Assembly (NCBI GenBank): GCA_965261085.1
Contig: OZ253442.1
Coordinates: 384,001 to 448,000 of the forward strand
Origin: a bacterium
Lineage (GTDB): Bacteria; UBA8248
Direction: 5' to 3'
DNA length: 64,000 bases
Shown: positions 50,217 through 60,624 of the stretch, piece by piece
How the letters are laid out: each line of letters opens with the position of its first letter
Numbering within the stretch: the first letter of the stretch is position 1
Program-made: the position numbers and the translations under genes
Notes under the pieces: generated by a model
Databases searched by the model: none
Told to the model about the DNA's origin: nothing
The model's input: only the letters and a program-made list of their open reading frames with translations

Positions 50217-51473
50217 CTACTCCGACCTGGCCCCATCCGGACCCATCGGGAATTTCTCGCAAAACGTTCTGACGTCTGCTCTCACCGAGGCGATGCGCGC
50301 TTCATCCGTAATATCGGCCAGCACGTCGGCTATCCAGCCGCCCACGACTTTCATCTCGGCCTCTTTCATGTGGCGCGACGTCAACGCGGGCGTCCCGATT
50401 CGGATTCCGCTCGTGAACGCCGGCTTTCTGGTGTCGTAAGGAATTGGGTTTTTATTCACCGCGATTCCCGCCTGGCATAGGGCGACTTCCGCCTTTTTGC
50501 CGCTGAAACCGGCCTCACGCAGATCCAGAAGAATCAAATGGTTATCCGTGCCGCCCGAGACGAGATGGATACCTCGCTGCAAGAGTGAGTCCGCGAGTGT
50601 TTTTGCGTTTTTCACAATCTGCTCCGCATAGGTTCTGAACTCCGGGGTGCTTGCCTCTTTGAAAGCCACCGCCTTGGCCGCGATGACGTGCATCAAGGGT
50701 CCGCCTTGAAGGCCGGGGAAAACGGCCTTGTTTATCTCGGCCGCGTAGTCCTCATCACATAGGATCATGCCACCGCGAGGACCCCTGAGCGTCTTGTGCG
50801 TCGTTGTGGTGACGATCTGCGCATGGCCCGCGGGGCTTGGGTGCGCGCCGCCCGCGATGAGTCCCGCGACATGAGCGATGTCCGCCATGACCACGGCGCC
50901 CACCTCATCTGCAATCCCTCTGAAGCGCGCATAATCGATGGCTCGCGGATACGCACTCGCCCCCACGACGATAATTTTGGGCCGGTGCTCCTTTGCCTGA
51001 CTCTCTACCTCGTCATAATCGATGATGTGGTTCTCAGGGTCCACGCCATAAGCCACCACCTTGAACCAACGGCCCGAGAAGGTGACAGGATGCCCATGGG
51101 TGAGATGGCCCCCATGAGAGAGATTCATTCCCATAAGCGTATCGCCCGGTTCGAGCAAACCGTAATACACCGCAGCGTTCGCCTGGGCGCCGCTGTGCGG
51201 CTGCACGGAGGCGTGATCCATGCCGAAAAGAGATTTCGCCCGCTCAATGGCGAGGGATTCGGCCACATCCACAAACTGGCAACCGCCATAATAGCGCCTT
51301 CCCGGAAATCCTTCCGCATATTTGTTCGTCATCACGCCGCCCACCGCTTCCATTACCGCCTTGCTCACGTAGTTCTCCGAAGCGATGAGTTCGAGTTCAT
51401 CCGCCTGGCGTTTTCTTTCATCTTCCATCGCGGCGAAAATATCGGGATCTCTCAGCGCTAGTACCGATGACAT
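50217..51473 (-). CDS. glyA: Serine hydroxymethyltransferase
   Basis: LIASEN, NKYAEG and [13 protein letters not shown] motifs. Confidence 0.97.
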   Translation of the reverse strand: MSSVLALRDPDIFAAMEDERKRQADELELIASENYVSKAVMEAVGGVMTNKYAEGFPGRRYYGGCQFVDVAESLAIERAKSLFGMDHASVQPHSGAQANAAVYYGLLEPGDTLMGMNLSHGGHLTHGHPVTFSGRWFKVVAYGVDPENHIIDYDEVESQAKEHRPKIIVVGASAYPRAIDYARFRGIADEVGAVVMADIAHVAGLIAGGAHPSPAGHAQIVTTTTHKTLRGPRGGMILCDEDYAAEINKAVFPGLQGGPLMHVIAAKAVAFKEASTPEFRTYAEQIVKNAKTLADSLLQRGIHLVSGGTDNHLILLDLREAGFSGKKAEVALCQAGIAVNKNPIPYDTRKPAFTSGIRIGTPALTSRHMKEAEMKVVGGWIADVLADITDEARIASVRADVRTFCEKFPMGPDGARSE

Positions 51474-51643
51474 CGAGTGGGGCCTCCAGACTTTATTCAG
51501 GCGTGGGGTATGGTACGGAACTTCTCGGGCGGGTCGAAGCTAACAAACCGACTCCGTGACGTCAATCCCGAAAGCCAAATGCGCCATCATGACGCAAGGG
51601 TTATAATGACATTCCAAAACTTCCACCTGAAAAGGATTTCATC

Positions 51644-52108
51644 ATGCTCAATGAACCCGATGATTTGCTCGACATCACCTCAGACGGGGTTCCCAAAACA
51701 TCGCTTCCGCCCGAGCCGGAAGAACTCGGCGCGTTGAATTCGCTGTGCGATGCAATTTTATCGAGCGAGGAAAACCGTGGGCCATCCACGGAGAAACTGC
51801 AAAGCCTCGTGGCTCGATACCCGGACGCCTTATCCGGCTGGGTGGCCATGGGGCGAATTGCGCTCTCAAACGAGGAGACGATTAGCGCATATGCCTACTT
51901 TCGGGTCGCCTACCACAGAGGGCTTGATAAGGCCCGCGCCTCCGGCTGGCGCGGCGATGGGCGCATCCCCTGGGAAATCCCCGCCAATCAGCCGTTTTTG
52001 AGCGCCATTCATGGCTTGGCTCAATGCGCCGACGCCATCGGAGAATCCGCCGAGGCGAAACGCTGCAATGAATTTTTAGGTATGCTCGACCCGAATCACC
52101 CGTTCTAA
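51644..52108 (+). CDS. DUF3151 family protein
   Basis: AYAYFRVAYHRGLD..R.SGW.G.G.IPW...N..FL pattern. Confidence 0.8.
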   Translation: MLNEPDDLLDITSDGVPKTSLPPEPEELGALNSLCDAILSSEENRGPSTEKLQSLVARYPDALSGWVAMGRIALSNEETISAYAYFRVAYHRGLDKARASGWRGDGRIPWEIPANQPFLSAIHGLAQCADAIGESAEAKRCNEFLGMLDPNHPF

Positions 52109-52224
52109 TACGGCGTTTTCTTCACACGATGTGCGGAAACCGAGAAGAATGTCTGCCGAAGCATCTGATCACGACGCCGAAACCAAGGAACAAAAAACGT
52201 TCATCCTCTCGATGAGCTTTCCGC

Positions 52225-52551
52225 TCACCCGCCCATGTATTGCCCCATCAGGAGGACGAGGTCGCCCTCTTTCATCTCGGAATCGAGCGTGTGGCGGATT
52301 CCCATGAGGGCGTCGTTTACGGCAATTTCCAGGTGTTCGGCCAATTCGCCGGTGCCGTTGTGCCAAAGCGCTTCATCCAGGGTCCTGTAGCGTCGGCTCA
52401 TCTTTTTCAGGACGTCCCGGAGCGTGGCGCCCACTGGAACCTGCTCATCGAAAAATTTGCGCTCGTTACCGTCTCCGCCCACGAAAGTCGACGCCCAGGA
52501 GATGAATTCCAACCGGACATGAATTTCGCCATTGCTTTTCGTCTCGTTCAT
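52225..52551 (-). CDS. MoaD/ThiS ubiquitin-like protein
   Basis: Beta-grasp pattern; C-terminal GG. Confidence 0.85.
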   Translation of the reverse strand: MNETKSNGEIHVRLEFISWASTFVGGDGNERKFFDEQVPVGATLRDVLKKMSRRYRTLDEALWHNGTGELAEHLEIAVNDALMGIRHTLDSEMKEGDLVLLMGQYMGG

Positions 52552-52576
52552 GGCGTCGTCCTCTGCCGAAGATGAG

Positions 52577-54448
52577 CTATACGTTCGCACCCCATAGGGC
52601 TTCGGCGACATCATCGAGGTCAAGTTCGCGCAAAAGTTCGATCTTGGGACGGCCCGTCTCCCTGTCGTAGCCGGCCGTCTCGTACCATATATCGAGCATT
52701 TTCTCCCATTGATCCATTATCGAGACGCCCGCGATCGGGCCATCCACCGGTGTGGAGCCGTATCGCTTGGATGGTTTTTCAACCTCCGGGCCGATGCCGC
52801 AGCGCAAATTAAACGCGCGCATCAAGGCGTTGATGCGTCGGCCGGTCTGCATCGCTTCATGCATGTCCACGTCCCATCCGGTGGCTGCCTGAATGGAGCG
52901 GCACAAGACATCCATCGGCGCGCGCGTAGTGAACACGCATGCCCCCAGGGAATCCTCATACGCGCGACGTCCCCTGAGACCGCCCACATGCCTGGGCACC
53001 TCCACCGCGTCCTGGGGGTGCACACGCGCGGGCAGTCCGTAATCCGTCGGGAACACCGGGGGAGCCGTATCCATCGTTCCGCCCGAACCCGTGCAGGTAT
53101 CTATCATCTCCTCCCACCGGGAGCGGTGATCGTGCCCTCTGGGGGAATTGCCTACTTCCGTGTAAATGGCGCAATCCTGTGCCTCTCCACCGAGTTTTTC
53201 CGCCGCGATCTTGGTTCCCTCCGCCAAAAGATCGCCCATGCCCTCACGCTTGCAAATCATCTCGAGCAATCTGTTGGCTCCGCCGATATCACCCCACTCC
53301 AGCCGGAAGCCCAGGTCATGATCCGTGATATAACCCTTTTGCTGACACTCCATCACCCAGCCGCAGAGCCAGCCGAACTCGTTTACGTCCACACAAGCGC
53401 GATCGAGCTGGGTGTTCATCCAGGAGACCTGCTGCGGGTCCGTGGCGCCAATTGTCCAGCCCGCTCCCGACCAGCCCTCGTACTCGGGCTCATCCACGAC
53501 CTGTCCCTTGTAAGGACCTGAGGAGATGACCTGCATATGGCAATGGTGCATGCCGCACGCGCTGCACTGATGGCCCCGGTGATCGAAACCCTCGCGCAGG
53601 CCGTTGGCCTCCCATTGCTTCGTTTCGACTTCCTCGGGCCATACGTTCGTCGTGTAGTTTCGAATGGGGAGCGCTCCCATGCCCTGCAGGTTCCGGACGC
53701 CGCCCAGGGTCCCGTACAGATACAGACCCTTCGTGGAAGGATCGGTCTGAAGGCTGTGGGCGATATCGTCCGCCGCCGCGAAGAGCGCTCTGGGGTGGGC
53801 AGCGGCGATTCCCTTTGTCCCGCGCTCGATTGCCACCGCCTTTACCTTTTTATTGCCCATAACGGCCCCGCAACCGTTCTTGCTCGCCACGTGACCGTAG
53901 TCTCCCTGGATGGCGGCGAAGCGCACGAGGTTCTCGCCCGCGGGTCCTATGCTATACACACTCAGATTGTGGCCACTCAGGTTCAAAGTTTTCTCAAGCG
54001 ATTGCTGGGTCTCCCAGGTGTCCTTGCCCAGCAACTCGCCGGCATCCTGCAGTTCCACCCCATCATCACGAATGTGGAGATAGACCCAATCGGGCGATTC
54101 TCCCTGGAATACAATGGCGTCATAGCCGCAATACTTGAGGTTCGCGCCGAAAAAACCGTTCGCCTGGGTGTTCGTGGCGCCGTTGGTGAGCGCGCCACGC
54201 GTCACCACGGTAAGACCGCCCGTACCCCATACCGGGAGGCCCGCCAAAGGACCCGTGGCCAGAACGAGACGGTTTTCGGGATGATCCCAACCTACCTCGG
54301 GCGGCACTTCCTCCCACAAAATCTTGGCGCCCAAGCCCGCGCCGCCTACCCATTTCCTGCGGTCGGCGACTTCGAATTTCTCTCCCCAGGTCTTTCCACT
54401 CGAGAGATCGACCCGGAGGATTTCTCCTGCATATGCGTAATCAGTCAA
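52577..54448 (-). CDS. Aldehyde ferredoxin oxidoreductase family catalytic subunit (tungstopterin type)
   Basis: ILRVDLS, IGPAGENLV, GAVMG.KKVKA, CSACGMHHC and EPEYE motifs. Confidence 0.92.
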   Translation of the reverse strand: MTDYAYAGEILRVDLSSGKTWGEKFEVADRRKWVGGAGLGAKILWEEVPPEVGWDHPENRLVLATGPLAGLPVWGTGGLTVVTRGALTNGATNTQANGFFGANLKYCGYDAIVFQGESPDWVYLHIRDDGVELQDAGELLGKDTWETQQSLEKTLNLSGHNLSVYSIGPAGENLVRFAAIQGDYGHVASKNGCGAVMGNKKVKAVAIERGTKGIAAAHPRALFAAADDIAHSLQTDPSTKGLYLYGTLGGVRNLQGMGALPIRNYTTNVWPEEVETKQWEANGLREGFDHRGHQCSACGMHHCHMQVISSGPYKGQVVDEPEYEGWSGAGWTIGATDPQQVSWMNTQLDRACVDVNEFGWLCGWVMECQQKGYITDHDLGFRLEWGDIGGANRLLEMICKREGMGDLLAEGTKIAAEKLGGEAQDCAIYTEVGNSPRGHDHRSRWEEMIDTCTGSGGTMDTAPPVFPTDYGLPARVHPQDAVEVPRHVGGLRGRRAYEDSLGACVFTTRAPMDVLCRSIQAATGWDVDMHEAMQTGRRINALMRAFNLRCGIGPEVEKPSKRYGSTPVDGPIAGVSIMDQWEKMLDIWYETAGYDRETGRPKIELLRELDLDDVAEALWGANV

Positions 54449-54464
54449 GGTATCGACCCCCTTT

Positions 54465-55787
54465 TTATGAAGAGACTGCAATTTCACTCGCCGGCGCCGA
54501 TGGACGCCCCAAAATAGTTTCCGGCAGCAAGCCGCCCGCGGCGCCCGAGGCCAGAAACGCGCGTTTGACGTCAAACGGGTTTTTGCGCAAATGCTCTTTC
54601 CACTCGGAGATGTCCACCCCCGTGTACACGAGACCCTTGAGCATCCCCACGTCGTTCGTCGTCCAGATTTCCCGGGTTTTTCCCAGAATAATCGCGCCGG
54701 TCAGCCGACCGCCGTGGAACAGGAGTTTTCTGTAAGCGGGACGCTCGGCCCGCACAACTTCAAAGACTTCGGCGTCCGCATCATCCCAGGCGCCAAAGCT
54801 GGCGATCTCCAAATCGAGGACATCCACGATGTTCATGAGCAGACTACCCTTGTATGCAACCTCCTGGCCCGCCATGTTGGCCGCCGCGACGCGGCCGTGC
54901 TGCATGGCGGTGGGTTCGATGGCGTGTACGACCTTCTCACCCGTGACGGCGTCGGGACCTTCCGCGATATCACCCGCCGCGTAGATGTTCGCTACGTTCG
55001 TGCGGCAATGTTCATCCACCAAAATGCCCTGGTTGGTCTCGAGGCCGCTGCCCGCCACCCATTCGATGTTGGGCTTGATGCCCGTGGCCATGATGACCAG
55101 ATCGACCTCCAGATCGGGGCCTTCCTTGAACTTGAGGAGTTTGGCGTCTTCCTTATCCTCAATAGAGGTCACTTGCGTCGAGGTTCTCACTTCCACGCCT
55201 CGATCGTTCAGCCAATTTTGAACGATTCGGGCGCCCGTATCGTCTATCATGCGCGGCAGGATGCGCGATTCGAGTTCCACGACGGTGAGCTTCACGCCCT
55301 GATTCACCAGGGCGTTCAGAATCGTGAAGGCGATGAATCCCGCTCCGATCATCGCGACGCGGGCGCCCTCGCCAACGCCGGACGCCACGGCGCGCGCCTG
55401 GGGAAACGTCCAGAAACTGTGCACGTTTTCTCCATCCGCACCCGGCACGGGCGCTTTCACAGGAGAGGAACCCGTGGCGATCAAGAGATTGTCGTATTCA
55501 ATCTCATCGCCTCCCTCGAGGATGAGCTTGTTGGGGGATGCGTCGATTCTCTCGGCGCGGGCGCCAAGCCTCGCATCCACATTCAAAGCAGCGAGCTTCG
55601 GAGGGGAGGCGATGTAGACGTGCGACTCCGCGATGTCCCGCGCCAGATAATAGGGCAACACCATCCGCGAATACGGCGTCTCATCCGCGACGAGAATAAT
55701 CTCGGAATCGCCTTTATCCAATTCCCTGATAGTGGTGATGGCGTTCCAGCCGGCGGTTCCACCCCCCACGATGACATGTCTGGCCAT
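54465..55787 (-). CDS. FAD/NAD(P)-dependent oxidoreductase subunit (AorC-like)
   Basis: GGGTAG, IATGS, GAGFIA and YAAGD motifs. Confidence 0.88.
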   Translation of the reverse strand: MARHVIVGGGTAGWNAITTIRELDKGDSEIILVADETPYSRMVLPYYLARDIAESHVYIASPPKLAALNVDARLGARAERIDASPNKLILEGGDEIEYDNLLIATGSSPVKAPVPGADGENVHSFWTFPQARAVASGVGEGARVAMIGAGFIAFTILNALVNQGVKLTVVELESRILPRMIDDTGARIVQNWLNDRGVEVRTSTQVTSIEDKEDAKLLKFKEGPDLEVDLVIMATGIKPNIEWVAGSGLETNQGILVDEHCRTNVANIYAAGDIAEGPDAVTGEKVVHAIEPTAMQHGRVAAANMAGQEVAYKGSLLMNIVDVLDLEIASFGAWDDADAEVFEVVRAERPAYRKLLFHGGRLTGAIILGKTREIWTTNDVGMLKGLVYTGVDISEWKEHLRKNPFDVKRAFLASGAAGGLLPETILGRPSAPASEIAVSS

Positions 55788-55789
55788 GA

Positions 55790-56269
55790 TCAGAACACCT
55801 CCGCAAGCGGCCCGGCAGGTGATTTCGCCCGTTCCGCGGCAAAGGGCCCGACCCAGTCGGTCTTATCGGCCTCTTGATAAAGGATGGCGCCGGTGGGGCA
55901 CACGGACACGCACGCGGGATTCCCCCCGCACAAGTCGCACTTGAACGCCTTGTGGGTGTCCATGTCGTAGAACATCGTTCCATAAGGACACGCGATGGTG
56001 CAGAGCTTACAGCCCACACAAATGTCATCCGCCACATCCTTCGCCCCGGCCGGCGAGATGCCGATCGCCTCGACCGGACACGCCGTCAGGCACCAGGCCT
56101 CATCGCACTGCGGACATGTGTAGGGCGCATAGCTCGTATGGCCTTCGAACGAGGAGACGCGAATCACCGCTTTCGAGGGCTGAAATGTTCCCGTCTGCTC
56201 GTATGAACACGCGAGTTCACATCGCATGCAGCCGGTGCACTTCTCGGGAATGATCTTGAGTATTTTCAT
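55790..56269 (-). CDS. 4Fe-4S polyferredoxin subunit (AorA-like)
   Basis: Four CxxCxxC/CP groups. Confidence 0.92.
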   Translation of the reverse strand: MKILKIIPEKCTGCMRCELACSYEQTGTFQPSKAVIRVSSFEGHTSYAPYTCPQCDEAWCLTACPVEAIGISPAGAKDVADDICVGCKLCTIACPYGTMFYDMDTHKAFKCDLCGGNPACVSVCPTGAILYQEADKTDWVGPFAAERAKSPAGPLAEVF

Positions 56270-56429
56270 CGCACCCCCCACGATTTTTTGAAGGGGCTTT
56301 CCGCATCACATCTCACAGATACCGATGCGGAAAGCACATTGTTGGAAGAATGAAGACTTGTTCATTCTCGCAGAGACGGACGACCCGGGTCAAACGAAAA
56401 TCCCGGATTTTAGGCGCGCGCACGGAGCA

Positions 56430-57311
56430 TCAACCACCCGACGTCACCAAAGCGGCCCCCGCCACGACGATGAGAGCGGCCACTACCAAACGCTTTGTGA
56501 TGACTTCCAGATCGCGCAGCAACACCACAGACAGCAAAATAACGAAAATCGGGGTCATGCGAACAAGCGGGGAAATCACCGCGAGTTGCCCATCGCGCAG
56601 CGAGGTCCAGAACAACACGGCGGACAAGAGCGCCAACAAGCCCGCCGGGACGCACGCCACCGCGATCTGCACGTTCCAATTAAATTTCTGGGCGCTCGAG
56701 GCGAAGCGTGAGGAAATTAACAAACCCACGTTGGCGATCAGCGTGGCCACCAGAATACCCAGCCAGGGAGCATTCATGGCGGCCAGCCCGGCTTTTCGAA
56801 GATAGGGCGTGAAGCTGAAAGCCGCCATCGCGATGAAAGCGAACGTATAACGCTTCAGCGAATACCCTCCCGTTCCCCGCTCACCGGTGAGCCAGATCAT
56901 CCCGATGACGATGAGTGCGATTCCCACCCAGACGCCCGCGCCAGGGCGCTCGCCCAGAATCACCACGCCCATCACCGCCGCCCCGATGGGCGTCGCCGCC
57001 ACGAGCGCGTTCGTCCTGCTCACCCCGATGTCCGCGCTCGAGCGAAGAGCGCTATAGCGCGCCACGAGATTTCCCACTGCGCCGGTGAAGAGAAAAAAGA
57101 CGAGAGCGGCCACCCAATCACCCTCATAGACATCAAATAATGGAGAGAAGACGGCGGCGAAAACCGCCATCCACCCATTCACCCAAAAGGTAATCGTGAG
57201 CGCCGAGGCGCGCTCGAGAAATCTGCGGATGAGAATTTGATTGTACGCGAACAGAAAAGCGCCCAACAGTGCACGAAATTCCGGCGGCGCATCCACGACA
57301 AGATTCACCAT
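56430..57311 (-). CDS. DMT/EamA transporter
   Basis: About 10 TM segments; ILGE motif; start uncertain. Confidence 0.83.
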   Translation of the reverse strand: MVNLVVDAPPEFRALLGAFLFAYNQILIRRFLERASALTITFWVNGWMAVFAAVFSPLFDVYEGDWVAALVFFLFTGAVGNLVARYSALRSSADIGVSRTNALVAATPIGAAVMGVVILGERPGAGVWVGIALIVIGMIWLTGERGTGGYSLKRYTFAFIAMAAFSFTPYLRKAGLAAMNAPWLGILVATLIANVGLLISSRFASSAQKFNWNVQIAVACVPAGLLALLSAVLFWTSLRDGQLAVISPLVRMTPIFVILLSVVLLRDLEVITKRLVVAALIVVAGAALVTSGG

Positions 57312-57480
57312 GTCAACGACCCCCAGAAATCCGAAAAGCATCCGCAGAGAGAAGGCACTAATCAGGCTGCTGAATCGAATCAACCATCAAAACAAATAAA
57401 GCGACCGACTCGGGCGATAGCATCCATCGCCTCGTCGCCTAAAGTAAAATGGCGAACCCTCGCGCAGGGCGTAAGAGGAC

Positions 57481-58365
57481 CTACCTGCCCAGTATGACCA
57501 GCACAGCGCCCTCCACGGCGAGCAGCCCCCCGGCGATCACGCGCAAATTGATGCGTTCCAGCCTTTGATAAAAAATCCAGGAAAATATTATCAAGAATAA
57601 AATGGAGAGCCTGTTTATCGGGATCACCTCCACGAGTTTTCCGTTTTTGATGGCGAGCCAAAAGGCGTAGGCCGATATGATGTTGAAAATTCCTGCGATA
57701 AGAATCGACAATAAGCCCTTTTTGCTCCAGGTTTTGGGGTTGAGCTCATGATTTTCAACAAACGGTATGGAGCCGAGTTGGAGAAGCGCGCCCGCGAACG
57801 CCGTGGTGGCGATGCCGAAGGCGGGCGAAGGAATCGTCTGAAACGCGAACTTGCGCAAAGACGGAGCGAAGGAAAAGAAAAAAGCCCCTATAAGCGGTAG
57901 GAGATAGTGCCAAAACGGAGCGCGCCTGCCTCCCGCCCCCCTCTCCTGCACCAGGAGTACCGCGCCCAATACAATGGCGAAAGTACCCAGAGCAATCGGG
58001 AATGTTATCGTCTCGCCGAACAGGAGCATGGCCAGAAGGGCGCTCCATATGGGATGGACTTGCGCCAGAATCTGTGAACGCGCCATCCCGATGAGCGTGG
58101 CCGAGATGAAGTTAATGTTTCTCGCTAAGAAATGAGAGCAAAGCCCCGCCAGCACAAACCATAAAATCCCCTCCAAGGGCCATTTTTCGAGACCCGCGCC
58201 CAGTATGTAAATGGTCGAGGCGTAGGTTACCAGTGTCAGATTGCTCAAAAAGGCGAGCGCCTTTGGTCCTACCCACTGCAGGGTGCCCCGATAGATCGTT
58301 TGCGCCGCAGCCAAAAAGACTCCGGATAACAACGACAAAAAAACCGGAGGGAGTGATTCGAGCAA
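57481..58365 (-). CDS. DMT/EamA transporter
   Basis: About 10 TM segments; LFGE motif; start uncertain. Confidence 0.83.
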   Translation of the reverse strand: MLESLPPVFLSLLSGVFLAAAQTIYRGTLQWVGPKALAFLSNLTLVTYASTIYILGAGLEKWPLEGILWFVLAGLCSHFLARNINFISATLIGMARSQILAQVHPIWSALLAMLLFGETITFPIALGTFAIVLGAVLLVQERGAGGRRAPFWHYLLPLIGAFFFSFAPSLRKFAFQTIPSPAFGIATTAFAGALLQLGSIPFVENHELNPKTWSKKGLLSILIAGIFNIISAYAFWLAIKNGKLVEVIPINRLSILFLIIFSWIFYQRLERINLRVIAGGLLAVEGAVLVILGR

Positions 58366-58506
58366 AGGCCATCCAAGAGATAAAGGGATGTAATAAATCG
58401 ATAGGTGCGCATTATGGCACGAGAAAGCTCCACCTAAAATCGGTGCGCTCAAGCAAAACTGGATGTCGCATGATATATTTTGAACTCCTGATTCCATTCG
58501 AGGATA

Positions 58507-59187
58507 GTGAAAATGCCGCAGAACTCTTCAAGACCCGCCACGAAAATTTTTCCCGAATACGCCCTCTTGCCCGGAATGTACGCCCGTGAGATTGAGGGCC
58601 TCACGCAAGAACAACTCGATCTGAAGCAACCCGGCAAAAGCTGGGGTCTGTGGTCAATACGCGAGCAGGTCAGCCACATGGGATACGTGAACTACAGATG
58701 GTTCTTGCAGGTTTGGGGGAAATCCTTATTTGGGGAGAATCTGCCGAGGCAAAAATCCCTTTACGACACGGGTGGTGCGGATCGTCTCCTCGATCCAGAA
58801 CGATTTCATGAGATCGGGGATTTGCTCACGGCTTATGAGGACGGCTGCCATTTGGCTCTGGATATTCTGAAAAACGAAACCAGAGAATCACTTCGGGAAA
58901 AAACCAAAGAAAGGGTCGTTCCTCGAAACTACGAATGGCCCTCGGGCGATAAGTATATCGACTGGCTTCAAAACGTGGTGCTCAAAATCCACCCCGATGG
59001 TTTCCAGCAAGACGAGAATAAAGACAACGTTTTTCACTACAACCTGGAGTGGACCTTTCGCCATGTGCTCTGGGAGGGGTTCGCCCATCTCAAAACCATC
59101 CAAGCGCACAAACGAGCGCAGGGAATCAAGGTCAAGACAGCGCTGGATGAAAGCGTGGGCTACCTCGCCGCGCTCACCTGGGAGTGA
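58507..59187 (+). CDS. DinB/YfiT-like four-helix-bundle protein
   Basis: GLTQEQLD, WSIREQVSHM and RHVLWE..AH motifs. Confidence 0.75.
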   Translation: MKMPQNSSRPATKIFPEYALLPGMYAREIEGLTQEQLDLKQPGKSWGLWSIREQVSHMGYVNYRWFLQVWGKSLFGENLPRQKSLYDTGGADRLLDPERFHEIGDLLTAYEDGCHLALDILKNETRESLREKTKERVVPRNYEWPSGDKYIDWLQNVVLKIHPDGFQQDENKDNVFHYNLEWTFRHVLWEGFAHLKTIQAHKRAQGIKVKTALDESVGYLAALTWE

Positions 59188-59716
59188 GCATCCGCTGAAT
59201 CAGGTTCTCGGGCGCATCATCGACCGAGAATAGATTCAAACTTTTCTGCGAGATGAAACCTTCCTCGTGCGTATGGCGTAATAAGTTCAGCAAAGGATCG
59301 TAATAGCCACGAATGTTGAGCAAGCCGATGGGCTTTTCGTGATATCCGAGTTGAAGCCAAGTGAGCATCTCCATGGTCTCCTCCAGCGTGCCGAGTCCTC
59401 CCGGCAGCGCGATGAAACCATCCGCCAATTCCGCCATCAAGGCTTTCCTCTCGTGCATCGTACGCACGACGTGAAGTTCGGTGAGTCCTTCATGGGCGAC
59501 TTCCATGTCCATCAATTTATCGGGAATCACTCCGGTAATCTCTCCTCCGCTTTCGAGCACGGCGTCGGCCAAAACCCCCATGAGCCCGATAGAACCCGCC
59601 CCATACACCACACCGATTCCGCGCGCGCACAAAGTATGTCCCAAAACTCGCGCCGCCTCCCGATACTCAAACCGAACGCCCTTTGACGAACCGGCGAAAA
59701 CACATATCCGTTTCAA
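59174..59716 (-). CDS. LOG family nucleotide phosphoribohydrolase (TIGR00730)
   Basis: MHERK and PGGLGTLEE motifs. Confidence 0.93.
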   Translation of the reverse strand: MKRICVFAGSSKGVRFEYREAARVLGHTLCARGIGVVYGAGSIGLMGVLADAVLESGGEITGVIPDKLMDMEVAHEGLTELHVVRTMHERKALMAELADGFIALPGGLGTLEETMEMLTWLQLGYHEKPIGLLNIRGYYDPLLNLLRHTHEEGFISQKSLNLFSVDDAPENLIQRMLTPR

Positions 59717-59841
59717 GCAAATTCCCTCCCCGCCGGGCCGCCAGACGATCGGCGCGTCGATATAGTGTGAAACTTGTTTTCTTTCCCACCCGCAGGGGTG
59801 GTTGGCGTCCGCCATGTTACTACCGATAGAATCGACTTGCC

Positions 59842-60570
59842 ATGAAAATTCTCATCTGGAACATCATGCACGGCGGCGGACGCCGGGCGACCAAAATCGT
59901 AGAGCGTATCCGTAGCGGAAGACCCGACCTCCTCATACTGACGGAGTTTCGGGGCACCCCGCCCAGCCGGGAGATCGCCGCCCGAATAAAGGAAATGGGA
60001 CTTTCCCAACAACTAAAAACGACATCTGAAAACCAACCGGCCAAAAACGCCTTACTCCTCGCCTCCCGCTGGCCGCTCAAGCGCATTTACTGGAAGAGAT
60101 CGCCTGAACCCCAAGAGCGCCGCCTGATCGCCCACGTTCGCGCGCCCACGCCCATCACCATCGCCGCCGTTCACGTACTTAACCGTGTGAGCGGAAAAAA
60201 ATATCCCTTCCTGGATGCGATTTGCGATTTGGCGCGCCGCTGGCGCGGAGGCGGCGCCATGATGGTGGGTGATTACAACACAGGGCGAATCGGCGAGGAT
60301 GAGAGCGTAAAATGCTTCAACCGGCGCGAAGATGATTTTATGACCACCATGTCGAAAACGGGCTGGGCGGATGCCTACCGCAGCATCCACGGCCAAAAGC
60401 GCGCGTATACCTGGCGTGCTCCCGGCGGGGGAGGGAGCTTCCGACTGGATCATGCGTTCATCAATCGCCGCGCGAAAGGCAGGCTGCTCGACGCGGACAT
60501 CGATTGGCCATCGGGAGACCCGAGGCCGCCGAGCGATCATGCCGCCCTGTGGATCACATTGAAAGATTGA
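59842..60570 (+). CDS. Endonuclease/exonuclease/phosphatase family protein
   Basis: WNI, LTE, GDYN, RLDH and SDH motifs. Confidence 0.9.
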   Translation: MKILIWNIMHGGGRRATKIVERIRSGRPDLLILTEFRGTPPSREIAARIKEMGLSQQLKTTSENQPAKNALLLASRWPLKRIYWKRSPEPQERRLIAHVRAPTPITIAAVHVLNRVSGKKYPFLDAICDLARRWRGGGAMMVGDYNTGRIGEDESVKCFNRREDDFMTTMSKTGWADAYRSIHGQKRAYTWRAPGGGGSFRLDHAFINRRAKGRLLDADIDWPSGDPRPPSDHAALWITLKD

Positions 60571-60624
60571 TTCCGGAAGTAGTAGAACAAGGCGGTTTCT
60601 TTTGAGCAGACGGAGGAAAAGTTC

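Noticed and set aside
51474-51640. ZTP or THF riboswitch upstream of glyA
   Set aside because: Consensus elements were not found by eye.
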